DNA of 55,572 nucleotides from an uncultured Muribaculaceae bacterium (GTDB lineage Bacteria; Bacteroidota; Bacteroidia; Bacteroidales; Muribaculaceae): NCBI GenBank assembly GCA_945931475.1, contig CAMEPD010000004.1, positions 1 to 55,572 of the forward strand, read 5' to 3'. Shown piece by piece: positions 46,895 to 55,572 of this stretch (position 1 is its first letter; each line of letters starts with the position of its first letter). The notes under the pieces were generated by a model. It saw only the letters and a program-made list of their open reading frames with translations, ran no database searches and was not told where the DNA came from. The position numbers and the translations under genes were made by a program.

Positions 46895-48208
46895 TTAACG
46901 TTTGTTGCCGCAACGGGGGCAGAACTTGGAGCCGGGAGGGATGGTGGCGCCGCAGCGCGAGCAGGTGTTGCTCTCGGCGATTACAGGCTGTCCGCACGAG
47001 GGGCAGAAGGTGCTTCCGGCGGGGATGGGTGTGTGGCAGTGTGCGCAGGTGCGTCCGGGGCCGGCGAGCTGTGTGCCGCAGCTTACACAACGGCGTGCCT
47101 CGGCCGGGTTGTCGGCGCCGCAGTTGGGGCACGGGTTGTATTTGTTGCCGCAGTTGGGGCAGAATTCCATGTTCGAGGGGAACTTGCGCGAGCATTTCGA
47201 GCAGTAGACCATGTGGACTGCCTGCTGCTGGCCCTGCTGACCGCCGAAACCGCCCTGCTGACCGCCGAAACCGCCCTGCTGACCTCCCTGGCCCGGGCCG
47301 AAGGTGGGCTGGTTGTACTGCGGATTCATGGCAGCTCCGCCGCCCATGCCGCCGCTCATGTTGTTCATCATGTTGATGGCCATGAGGCCGCCGAGAAGGC
47401 CGCCGCCGTTGCTGCCGCCGCCGAAGCCGCCGCCCATCTGGCCGATGGCGTTGTTGGCTGTGCCGAACATCTGCTCCTGTTGCCAAGTGTGGCCTGTAAT
47501 CGACATTGAGGCCTGCTGGGCTATTGATTCCTTGATGCGCCGGCCCTCGGGTGTCGAGGTGTCGATGTCGATGGTCGAAACGTAGAATTTCGGTAGCTGA
47601 AGGCCCATCTCCTCCCAGAACTGGTTCAGCTGGTCGCGCAGCTGTGTCGACAGCGGGTCGAGGAAGGCCGAAATCTGCTTGTAGCCTACGTGATTCTGAA
47701 TCATGAACTGCAGGATCATCGACTTCACCTTGGTGGTGAATTCTCCGGTGAATTGTGCTGTTAAGTCGCGCTGTGTAAAGACATTGCGTGTGCCCACCAT
47801 GCGGATGAGGAACTTCTCGGGCTCTACAACTTTAAGGCCGTACTGACCGTCGACGGCCAGCGGAAGCTGGGTCTGATAGTCGGGGTCGTGCATCGGCAGC
47901 TGACCTACGTGGTAGGGGATATTGAAGGTCTCAACGAGGTTGACGAACCATACCTGGGCGGTAAACGGGTTTTTGCCTCCGAAGGGGAAACCGTACAGGC
48001 TGCGCAGTATGGGGAGGTTCTCGGTGCTGAGGGTGTGCTTGCCGGGGCCGAATTTGCCCATGAGCTGTCCCTTAGAGAAAAGGAGGGCCACCTGCGATTC
48101 GTTGACTACAAGCTGTGTATAGGTCGACAGATTGTCGTTGGGGAATTTGTAAGCGTATGTGATTTCGGAACCCTGCGGATTCCACATCACGCAATCTATG
48201 ATAGCCAT
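46895..48208 (-). CDS. SPFH/Band_7_1 (YdjI-like flotillin-related) domain protein fused to Gly/Gln-rich linker and four C-terminal zinc-ribbon modules
   Basis: N-terminal MAIIDCVMWN...ALLFSKGQLMGKFGPGKHTL...VWFVNLVETF...KFLIRMVGT matches the Band_7_1 pattern. The C-terminus has four CxxC-(9-15)-CxxCG zinc ribbons (CSKCS..CPNCG; CPNCG..CVSCG; CAHCH..CPSCG; CSRCG..CPRCG). Confidence 0.8.
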   Translation of the reverse strand: MAIIDCVMWNPQGSEITYAYKFPNDNLSTYTQLVVNESQVALLFSKGQLMGKFGPGKHTLSTENLPILRSLYGFPFGGKNPFTAQVWFVNLVETFNIPYHVGQLPMHDPDYQTQLPLAVDGQYGLKVVEPEKFLIRMVGTRNVFTQRDLTAQFTGEFTTKVKSMILQFMIQNHVGYKQISAFLDPLSTQLRDQLNQFWEEMGLQLPKFYVSTIDIDTSTPEGRRIKESIAQQASMSITGHTWQQEQMFGTANNAIGQMGGGFGGGSNGGGLLGGLMAINMMNNMSGGMGGGAAMNPQYNQPTFGPGQGGQQGGFGGQQGGFGGQQGQQQAVHMVYCSKCSRKFPSNMEFCPNCGNKYNPCPNCGADNPAEARRCVSCGTQLAGPGRTCAHCHTPIPAGSTFCPSCGQPVIAESNTCSRCGATIPPGSKFCPRCGNKR

Positions 48209-48379
48209 AAATTTTTAAATTTAAGGTTGTTTATTTCGAAGGATTAAGGTGTAAATGTGATATTTACGGGATTGATTATGAGATTCAGTCAGAAATGTTG
48301 ACGCCGCGTGACAGTGATGCCGACGGGACGTATGTGTTTTAAACAGCCTCTTAGCGATTGTATATATCACAAAGTTATG

Positions 48380-48408
48380 AAAAAAGGGCATTCCTAAGCG
48401 GAATGCCC
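48380..48408 (-). terminator. rho-independent terminator of the upstream amylase gene (GGGCATTCC-taagc-GGAATGCCC + T6 on minus strand)
   Basis: Perfect 9-bp stem; AAAAAA on the plus strand equals a U-tract after the hairpin on the minus strand; 32 bp after the amylase stop. Confidence 0.6.
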
Positions 48409-48439
48409 GTGTTAAAATCTGTTAAAAATTTGGCTCAAA

Positions 48440-50725
48440 TCAGTTCATTCTGATGAGGGCCGGTACCCAGCTGCTGACGTTTACCGAGCCGCTGACGGTG
48501 CCGCCGTTGATGAGGTCCTCGCCGGTGCCTCCGATTGATACTGTGGTGTTTTCCGACGAGAAGATGGCCACGATTTTGTTGCCGGTCTGTGCATCGGTCT
48601 TGGTGATTACTTCGGTGTTGTTGCTGACCTGTTTGCGGTCGACAGTGCCGCGCCACATGGCGGGGTTCTCGCTGCGGGCCTTGAACCACTTGGCTACGCC
48701 GTCGTGAATCTTCTGCTCGGTGGAGTTGAAGCCGGTGATGCGGCCCGAGGTGCGACCCTTGTTGTCGGCGTTGCCGTCGCCGCTCTTGTCGCCGATTTCG
48801 TCGCCGTAGTAGGTGCAGGTCGGGCCGGTGTAGCAGGCTACGGCCGCATGACGGGTGATGAGTTTGTCGGCATCGGTGACGGTGTCGCCCACGCGGGATG
48901 TGTCGTGGTTGCTCAGGAAGATGGTGGGCTCAACGCCGTCGTCTTTGTATCCGCGGGCCTTGGCGTCGTTCGACAGGAACCATCCGATTGAGCCTACGCC
49001 GGAGCCGAGGTTGACCAGGTTGTTCTTGCCGTCGAAGTCCATTACCGACTTCAGGCCGTTCTGCTGTGTTACGGTGATGCTTCCGGCGCCGGTCCAGTCC
49101 TCGCCGACCATGTAGCCGAGGGTGCCCCACTGTTCGCCGCGGTTGCGGCGCTCGGAGGCCACGGCCTCTACCTCCATACGCAGGTCATACCAGTAGTTGT
49201 GACCGCCCTGATATACCTGATAGCACTGGTCGAGGCGCCAGCCGTCGACACCAAGCTCCATCCAGTAGCGTACCACCTCCTTGAAGTAGGCGAGAGAGTT
49301 GGGGTATGATACATTGCCGGCATCGGTGCCGCGTACGTTGCTCGAGGTTGTGCTGTCGATGCTGTTGCCGTTGGGCGATGCCTGGCTTACGCCGCCGTGG
49401 TGGCCGAACACTCCGTCGAGGATGATGTAGATGCCGCGTTCGTGGGCTTTCTCTACCAGTTCCTTGAACTCGTCGAGAGTGCCGAATTTGGGGTCAATCT
49501 TGAAGTAGTTGGTGCAGAAGTAACCGGTGGCCTGCAGCTTCTCGCCGCCCTGACCGTTGGTCGAGTCGAATACGGGGGTCATCCAGATGGCGTTCATGCC
49601 CAGGTCTTTGATGTAGTCGAGGGCGTTGATGATGCCGCGCAGGTTGCCGTTCTTGCGGTGACCCGAGGGGCCCCACATATCCGAGTAGCCCGAAGCGCCG
49701 CCCTCGCCGTGCTGGAACGAACCGACCATAATCTGGTATATCGAGAGCTCGCGCTGGTCGCCGGTAAGGGTGATGACCGGGGGGGTGTCGTCGCGGGTGA
49801 AGCTGGTGGTAACCTGGTCGGAGCCAAGGTCGTTGGTGGCGGTAACGGTGAGCGTGCCGGTTGCGCCGTCGTTGAGGTAGTTGCTGACTGTAAGCGAATT
49901 GCTGCCGTTGCTGAGGCTGAGGTCGCTGCCGTTGAACGAGCCGCTGATCGAGGTGGCGTCGTTGTCGATAGTTACGGTGATTACAGTGGTACCCTTCACC
50001 TTGCCCTGAGCGGGCGATACGGTGATTTTCGGCTTGACGGGACCGGTGTAGTATTCGCCCTGGTCGCTGACGGCGCCCTTTTTGCCCCCGGCGCCCTTGT
50101 AGATGTGGCCGTTGACGGGAACTTGCTGGTAGTTGCCGGTCTGGTTGGCGTCGCCGCTGCCGGAGCCGTTGTCGAACAGGAAACCGGTAAGGGTCGACGG
50201 GTCTTCATCGTCGGGGAAGGTATAGCTCCAGACGTTGTCCTTCACTAAGGTCATATCCACCCCGGGCCATGTGGTTTTCGGAGTATTCCAGTAGTGGATT
50301 TTGACCGAAGACCAGTTGGTGGCGGAGTTGTCGTAGTAGATGGTGAATTTCGGCGTGGTGAAGTTGAAGACGTAGGTGCGTGTGTCGCTGCCGTCTTTGA
50401 CCTTTACCTCGATTTTGCCGTTTTTGGCGGGTACGTCGACCAGCGAGTGGTTGGAGTAGGTTGTGCCGTTCGACACGATGTCGACCATCGCCGTAGCCGA
50501 CTTGGGGGTGGCGGCCACTATCACCTTTTTCGACTGGCAATTGTCGATGGTGTATTCGGTGCGGTCGGCGCTGAAGCCGGTGGCGAGGTTGGTGAAGTTG
50601 GTGAAGTCGCTGATTACCTCGACGGAGTTCAGGCTCGGGTCGGCGCCCCACGCGGTCGGTGCCGCAGTGATGATCATTAACGAGGCTGCCCCGAGTATAT
50701 TGCGGATTATATTCTTGAAATTCAT
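48440..50725 (-). CDS. secreted alpha-amylase (GH13) with N-terminal Ig-like/carbohydrate-binding region
   Basis: Signal peptide; GH13 conserved regions (GMNAIWMTPVF, IILDGVFGHHG, DGWRLDQ, FLSNHD). Confidence 0.85.
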   Translation of the reverse strand: MNFKNIIRNILGAASLMIITAAPTAWGADPSLNSVEVISDFTNFTNLATGFSADRTEYTIDNCQSKKVIVAATPKSATAMVDIVSNGTTYSNHSLVDVPAKNGKIEVKVKDGSDTRTYVFNFTTPKFTIYYDNSATNWSSVKIHYWNTPKTTWPGVDMTLVKDNVWSYTFPDDEDPSTLTGFLFDNGSGSGDANQTGNYQQVPVNGHIYKGAGGKKGAVSDQGEYYTGPVKPKITVSPAQGKVKGTTVITVTIDNDATSISGSFNGSDLSLSNGSNSLTVSNYLNDGATGTLTVTATNDLGSDQVTTSFTRDDTPPVITLTGDQRELSIYQIMVGSFQHGEGGASGYSDMWGPSGHRKNGNLRGIINALDYIKDLGMNAIWMTPVFDSTNGQGGEKLQATGYFCTNYFKIDPKFGTLDEFKELVEKAHERGIYIILDGVFGHHGGVSQASPNGNSIDSTTSSNVRGTDAGNVSYPNSLAYFKEVVRYWMELGVDGWRLDQCYQVYQGGHNYWYDLRMEVEAVASERRNRGEQWGTLGYMVGEDWTGAGSITVTQQNGLKSVMDFDGKNNLVNLGSGVGSIGWFLSNDAKARGYKDDGVEPTIFLSNHDTSRVGDTVTDADKLITRHAAVACYTGPTCTYYGDEIGDKSGDGNADNKGRTSGRITGFNSTEQKIHDGVAKWFKARSENPAMWRGTVDRKQVSNNTEVITKTDAQTGNKIVAIFSSENTTVSIGGTGEDLINGGTVSGSVNVSSWVPALIRMN

Positions 50726-50733
50726 GGGGAAAC

Positions 50734-52353
50734 TTATTTACGGATGATTTTCACTACCGATTGTGTACCGTCTGCACGGACTACGGTCATAAAGTAGATG
50801 CCGGGGGCGAGAGCCGAGCAGTCGGCGGTCACCGAGGTGGCTGAGTTGGCACTGATGTTGATGACGGAGGCGCCTGAGAGGCTGTGGAGCCTCAGCAGGG
50901 CGATGCCATCGGCGCATTCAGCGGTGACGGTGCCGTCGGTGACGGTGGGATAGACGTGAAGGGCCGCTGCAGGGTCGGCCACGGTCTTGCTGATGGCGGT
51001 GAGCTGCGGGTTGGGGTCGCTCTGGCCCGACATGACGGCTAAGACGGGGTATTGGCGGTCGCCGGAGTTCTGCCAGCGCCATACGTTGTCGAAATCCCAT
51101 CCGAGGTTCTGGTAGGTGGTTTTGGCGGTGAGGTCGGTCTCGGTTGACGCATGGTGCCCGAAGTTGCCCCATTCGCTCTCCTCGAGGGTCATGTTTCTGT
51201 AGCCTAAGTTGCTCTGCTGGATGTTGTATCCGTTGTTGTTCCCGCCGAAGCGTGCCACGAAGTTAGAGCCGTCGGCTGCGGCAATGCTCTGGTTCATGGC
51301 AACTGAGGCGGATATCGAGCCGTAGTTTGCGCCGACTACGCCGCCGACATAGTTCTTGCCGCTGACATGTCCGGAGGCGTAGGCGTGGTCTACGGAAGCT
51401 TTGGTGTCGTTCTTGCCGACCAGACCGCCGGCAGCGTAGGCGTTGTCGGCTGAAACTTTTGCCGTCGAGTAGCAGTTGACGATGGATGCGGCGTGGTTCT
51501 CACCCATCAGGCCGCCTACGGCGAGGGTGGTGCCGGTTACAGTGCCCGAGGTAAAGCAGCGCTCCACTTTGCCCGATTTGGCGTAGCCCACGAGGGCGCC
51601 GGTGTAGGTGGTGCCGGTGACTTTTGCGTTCTTCAGGCCCAGGCCGCTGATACTGGCTCCTTCGATGGCGTTGAAGAAGCCTGTGGCGCTAATGCCTGAG
51701 GCCGAGTTGGTTATGGTGACGTTGGTGATTACGTGGTTATCGCCGTCGAAATTGGCGCGGAACGGCTTGTCGAGCGAGCCCACGCCGTCGAATGTCCCGG
51801 TCAGGGAGAGGTCGGTCGTGAGCCGGTAGTAATACCCATGATCCCAGAGGTCGGGGGTTGCGGCGAGCTTGTTGAGATGGTCGGCGTTCTCGATGAGGAA
51901 GGGTGACGATTCGGTGCCTTCGCCCGAGAAAATCGGGTCGGTGAGCGATACGAAACAGTCGGCTGTCTGCTTGCTGCTTGAGCGCGCGATGAAGCCGAGT
52001 TTGGTCATGTTTTTGAAACTTTCGGCATTCGAGTTGTAGAAGCCGTAGAAGTCGGTGATTTTGATGGTGTAGGTGCCGTTGGAGCCTGACATCTTGTGGC
52101 TGTCGGTCATTGCGCCGCCCCAGTCGGTCGGTTCAATTTTACCACTGCCGCCTACGGCCCAGGTGTAGAGATACACCGGCGAACCCAGATCTTCGGTAGT
52201 GATAGTGATTTCGAAAGCCTTACCCTTGTGGATGGGAGCAGGTGATGATGTGATAGTGGCGGCACTTCCGTCGGCGAGAGCCGATGGCGCCATTAACAAC
52301 AAACCGAGAAGCAACACCGCCGGGCGCCGCCGTCTCATTCTTGAAATTGACAT
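50734..52353 (-). CDS. GLUG-motif repeat protein with type IX secretion C-terminal sorting domain
   Basis: Signal peptide MSISRMRRRRPAVLLLGLLLMAPSALA. The protein carries repeated GGLVG/GGLMG GLUG-like units. The C-terminal ~80 aa end ...GIYFMTVVRADGTQSVVKIIRK, typical of the T9SS CTD. Confidence 0.65.
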   Translation of the reverse strand: MSISRMRRRRPAVLLLGLLLMAPSALADGSAATITSSPAPIHKGKAFEITITTEDLGSPVYLYTWAVGGSGKIEPTDWGGAMTDSHKMSGSNGTYTIKITDFYGFYNSNAESFKNMTKLGFIARSSSKQTADCFVSLTDPIFSGEGTESSPFLIENADHLNKLAATPDLWDHGYYYRLTTDLSLTGTFDGVGSLDKPFRANFDGDNHVITNVTITNSASGISATGFFNAIEGASISGLGLKNAKVTGTTYTGALVGYAKSGKVERCFTSGTVTGTTLAVGGLMGENHAASIVNCYSTAKVSADNAYAAGGLVGKNDTKASVDHAYASGHVSGKNYVGGVVGANYGSISASVAMNQSIAAADGSNFVARFGGNNNGYNIQQSNLGYRNMTLEESEWGNFGHHASTETDLTAKTTYQNLGWDFDNVWRWQNSGDRQYPVLAVMSGQSDPNPQLTAISKTVADPAAALHVYPTVTDGTVTAECADGIALLRLHSLSGASVINISANSATSVTADCSALAPGIYFMTVVRADGTQSVVKIIRK

Positions 52354-52526
52354 AATGCTGGTACCAAATTAAAGTAAGATATAATGATTAAAGTAAGATA
52401 TAACGCAAGTTTCTTTCAGGTATGCTAAGAAACGGCCGGGAGACCGTTTACCCTGCAAAGATAAACAATTTATTCCCCGAAACCAAATTTATGCATTTTT
52501 TTTGCATGTTGCATAAATGGAAACAT

Positions 52527-52561
52527 AAAAAGGAAATGTGCCATTGCGGCACATCTCCTTT
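52527..52561. terminator. bidirectional hairpin terminator between GH13/T9SS gene and GLUG gene
   Basis: 15-bp stem (one mismatch) AAAAGGAAATGTGCC-attgc-GGCACATCTCCTTTT, T-rich on both sides. Confidence 0.55.
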
Positions 52562-52592
52562 TCTTTGATTCATACGGATGGAGAAGGGGAGG

Positions 52593-55136
52593 TCAGCGGA
52601 CTGCAACCTTGGTGGGCTGGCCGTCAACAACTACCACGTAGATGCCGGGGGCAAGTGCGGTGCGGCCTACGGCCTGTCCCGACATGCTGTATACGTTCAG
52701 GCTGTTGTATTCGCCGGTGACTTCGATGTCGTTGCCTGCTACACTGACGGCAAAGGGCTTGAATCCGTCGGGAACGACCTCGTCAATGCCGGTGGTGTTG
52801 GCGGTGGCATACAGCACGTATGCACCGGCGGGCAGGGTGACGTTGGCTGAGGTAAGTGCCGGGTTTACGCCGTCGGAAACGCTTACCATGCGGTAACGTG
52901 ATGTGTCGGTCAGGTCGACTCCGGTGTTGATTACCAGGTCGCCGTCGGTTGTCGGGTTAACAAAGAGGTAGGCGGCCTTGTCACCGGCGACGAGCTTCAC
53001 ATAGCGGCCGGCGGTGGTTGATACCAGGGCTATCTGTTTGTCGATGTCGATGCGGAACAGCTCGGGGTTGCGTCCGCGGAACTGCAGCAGGTCGGTGTAG
53101 GTCTGGTGCAGGGCCTTGTTGGGGGCCTTGTCGAGGTAGCTCCATACCACTTTCTTGTTGCCGGTATTGTTGCCGCCGTCGCTTGATTTTGTGGTCTGGT
53201 CGGCGCCGAATTCCTCAAACTGCCAGATCATGTGAGCACCCGGGCACATAAGCATCTGAGCTGCCAGAGAGCCGAGGCGTCGGCATGACATCTCGGGGTT
53301 GCCCTTGACGCCGTCGACACCCCATTTGCCCTGTTTGTAGGCGGGACGTTCCTCGTCGTGGCTGACTGCGTAGCTGACGGTTGAGCCCCATGTGCGTGAG
53401 CCGTCCGACGGGGCATAGAAGCGGTTGAGCGCCGACTGTGAGGCGTAACCCATGGCGAACTGGCAGGCGCTGTTGTTGACGTTGGCCCAGTTGATTTCGG
53501 CATCCTGTGCCATTTCGTTCTCCTCCTGAGTGCCGGCGAGGTTCTCGTTGATGAAGTAAGCGTTGGGGTTCACCTCCATCATGGCGGCGTGGAGTGATTT
53601 CATGCGGGCTACGCGGCTGGCGTTGTAGGCGTTGGTCTTGTTGTCGTTGGGGGTGCCGAATGTGTTGGTGGCCTCGTTGTAGGTGTTGCCGTACGAGTTG
53701 TTGTCACCCAGGCCCTTCACCAGGTCGAAGCGGAAACCGTCGACGCGGTACTCGGTAAGCCAGTATTTCAGGGCGTCCTTGAACTGCTGCTGTACCAGGG
53801 GGGAATCCTGATTCCAGTCGTTGAGCACTGAGTAGGAGTGGGGAGCCGAACCGTTGTAGCAGGGGTTGTCCTGTACATTGTACATAAGCCACCAGGGATG
53901 GTTGCCGTCGGTCTGGTTGAATACTATGTCGAGGATTACGGCGATGCCGAGTTCATGACACTTGTCGATGAGCTCTTTATAGTCGGCGGGAGCGCCGTAG
54001 GCTTTGTCGGGAGCCATATAGAAGTTGGTGTTGTAACCCCACGATTTGTTGCCGTTGAATTCCATGATGGGCATCAGTTCGATGGCGTTGATTCCCAGTT
54101 CCTTGAGATATCCGAGTTTGCCGTAGATGTTCTTGACTGTACCGTTGCCTCTTGCTTTGCCTTCGTCGCCGGTGAAGTCGCGGATAAGGAGCTCGTATAC
54201 AAGCAGTTCGCTCTGGGGCACGCCCTGGAAGTCATTGACTTTCCAGTCGTATTTGCCTAATTCGGAGTTGTAGACGGCGGCGTGCACGCCCGGAAGTTTG
54301 GCACCGTCGTAGGCGGGACAATCGGGGAAGACGTACTTGGGGATGGTCTTGTCGTCGGGGGTCACTACAAGGTGGGCGTAGGGGTCACCGACGGCTGTCT
54401 GCTTGTCGAGCATATAATAGTATACGTAGTCGGTGGCTTTGTCAAGTCCGCCGATGGTAATCCAGAAATAGCGGATGCCGTTGACGTCGCAGTAGTTCAT
54501 CTGCTGGTCGGCTGTAAGGGCGTAGTTGTTCCATGAGCCTATGAGCAATACGTCGTCCTTGCCCGGAGCTGCCAGGCAGAAGGTTACGGAGCCGTCGGCA
54601 TTGGTCGATGTGCCCATTACGGGGTCAATACCGCCGGGATATGCCACGTTTTTGCTCTTGGTGTCGGCAGGGAAGTCGGTGGGGAAGATGGTCAGGATGA
54701 TGTCTGTCCAACCCACGGTCTTGCCCTCTTTAGTGCCGGCTGTGTTGCGGAATACGAAGGCCAGGCGCTCGATCTGCTCGTCGGGGTTGGTGATACCGTA
54801 ATACTCACGCATATTGCCGATGTGGAGCTTGTAGAGGTTCTCGTCGACGCGGGTGCATTCGTATTTGGGTGTGTTGGTTCCCCATTGCGGGGCATATTTC
54901 CAGTCGGAAGGCGAGTTCGACAGGCTTGTGATTACGCCGGTGTGGGCGTATACCTTGTCGGTGGCGGGCAGGTTCTTCAGGCCCTGCGAGCCCCAGTCGG
55001 CATGGAAGTAGATGGTGACATCTTCGGTCTCTGTGGTCAGCAGAGCGGGTTCGGTGGTCACAACCTGTGCGCGGCCTGTGAATATGCCCAGGCATATCAT
55101 GGCGGCCGCCAGTAAGTAAGTGTACAAGTTTTTCAT
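52593..55136 (-). CDS. GH13 alpha-amylase family enzyme with T9SS C-terminal sorting domain (ORF opens at 55202; MKNLYTYLLAAAMICLG signal peptide begins at 55136)
   Basis: GH13 regions (DIVFNQT, GFRFDLVKG, EFGA, VSHDE); C-terminal ...VYSMSGQAVGRTALAPGIYVVVVDGQPTKVAVR T9SS tail. Confidence 0.8.
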   Translation of the reverse strand: MKNLYTYLLAAAMICLGIFTGRAQVVTTEPALLTTETEDVTIYFHADWGSQGLKNLPATDKVYAHTGVITSLSNSPSDWKYAPQWGTNTPKYECTRVDENLYKLHIGNMREYYGITNPDEQIERLAFVFRNTAGTKEGKTVGWTDIILTIFPTDFPADTKSKNVAYPGGIDPVMGTSTNADGSVTFCLAAPGKDDVLLIGSWNNYALTADQQMNYCDVNGIRYFWITIGGLDKATDYVYYYMLDKQTAVGDPYAHLVVTPDDKTIPKYVFPDCPAYDGAKLPGVHAAVYNSELGKYDWKVNDFQGVPQSELLVYELLIRDFTGDEGKARGNGTVKNIYGKLGYLKELGINAIELMPIMEFNGNKSWGYNTNFYMAPDKAYGAPADYKELIDKCHELGIAVILDIVFNQTDGNHPWWLMYNVQDNPCYNGSAPHSYSVLNDWNQDSPLVQQQFKDALKYWLTEYRVDGFRFDLVKGLGDNNSYGNTYNEATNTFGTPNDNKTNAYNASRVARMKSLHAAMMEVNPNAYFINENLAGTQEENEMAQDAEINWANVNNSACQFAMGYASQSALNRFYAPSDGSRTWGSTVSYAVSHDEERPAYKQGKWGVDGVKGNPEMSCRRLGSLAAQMLMCPGAHMIWQFEEFGADQTTKSSDGGNNTGNKKVVWSYLDKAPNKALHQTYTDLLQFRGRNPELFRIDIDKQIALVSTTAGRYVKLVAGDKAAYLFVNPTTDGDLVINTGVDLTDTSRYRMVSVSDGVNPALTSANVTLPAGAYVLYATANTTGIDEVVPDGFKPFAVSVAGNDIEVTGEYNSLNVYSMSGQAVGRTALAPGIYVVVVDGQPTKVAVR

Positions 55137-55291
55137 TGAAGTTGTGAAGGTAGGTATGAGGTAATTTTTTTTCTTTTTCCGGGTAGGGCGGATGTACGGC
55201 ATCCTCCGGGGTTTACGGAAAACGCCCGAATCGGCTCAAAAGGGCCGGCCGGGCGTTGTATTGTTGTGTCCGGGTTGCCCCGGGATCAGGA

Positions 55292-55572
55292 TTAGTCGAT
55301 GGCTTCGTCAGCAGGGTATCCGCCCATTTCGCGAATGGCGTTCTTGAGCATAACGTACTGCTGGAACAGATGGTTCACGGGAACCTCGTTCTTGGTGTAG
55401 TCGTGCATCGGGCTCTTGAGGAAGAAGCTCAGGAAGCGCTGGATGCCGTAGCGGCCGTTGCGGGCTGCCAAATCCGACAGAAGTACCAGGTCGAGGCAGA
55501 GGGGAGCTGCCAAAATGGAGTCGCGGCAGAGGAAGTTGATCTTGATCTGCATGGGATAGCCCATCCAGCCGA
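55292..55572 (-). CDS. inositol-3-phosphate synthase (myo-inositol-1-phosphate synthase), C-terminal part; gene continues beyond window end
   Basis: C-terminal segment matches MIPS ([25 protein letters not shown] vs yeast INO1 [34 protein letters not shown]...PVNHLFQQ). The reading frame stays open to the last base of the window. Confidence 0.65.
   Translation of the reverse strand, partial: [92 protein letters not shown]

Noticed and set aside
46872-47509. ORFs of 204-209 aa overlapping the zinc-ribbon/linker part of the SPFH gene on both strands
   Set aside because: They arise from GC-rich low-complexity GGQQ/CxxC coding DNA; no independent support.

Overview
This 55.6 kb window looks like a high-GC (~60%) Bacteroidota chromosome, probably Bacteroidales. 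Type IX secretion C-terminal sorting domains, WG repeat proteins, a DUF2723 membrane protein and a TAnnTTTG -7 promoter box support that placement. Most of the window is housekeeping or ordinary accessory genes. These are an ABC transporter pair, ispB-like prenyl synthase, a DUF2723/deacetylase/membrane-protein cluster, an iron-type alcohol dehydrogenase, aroQ, an O-methyltransferase, meaB, polA, slyD and nadB. There are also two WG-repeat proteins, a beta-helix lipoprotein, two tandem tRNA-Asn(GTT) genes, an AddA/UvrD-like helicase-nuclease and a TolC-HlyD-ABC2 efflux operon. The remainder is a stand-alone receiver plus 6TM channel, rimP-nusA-infB, and a starch-degrading block (two GH13 amylases, one with a T9SS tail, and a GLUG-motif T9SS protein). 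A truncated inositol-3-phosphate synthase lies at the window end. The standout is a tight six-gene minus-strand operon (40744..48208), convergent with infB and bounded by hairpin terminators. It encodes an SPFH/Band_7_1 domain fused to four zinc ribbons and a 4-TM membrane protein. It also encodes a 788-aa protein ending in a Pro/Glu/Ala-rich hinge plus a domain resembling the ribosomal L7/L12 C-terminal domain. Two paralogous coiled-coil proteins and a beta-helical (bactofilin/toastrack-like) protein complete it. I could not assign this gene set to any described system. It looks like an uncharacterised membrane-associated, possibly envelope-stress/Psp-like or ribosome-interfacing, module. Secondary observations are below. 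One is a probable +1 frameshift separating a signal peptide from the small WG-repeat gene. Another is a set of CATAAGAYA tandem repeats flanking that gene. A third is a ~26-bp intergenic motif recurring three times. No CRISPR arrays, rRNA or obvious transposases were seen. All calls rest on reading the translations and sequence by eye; no searches were run.
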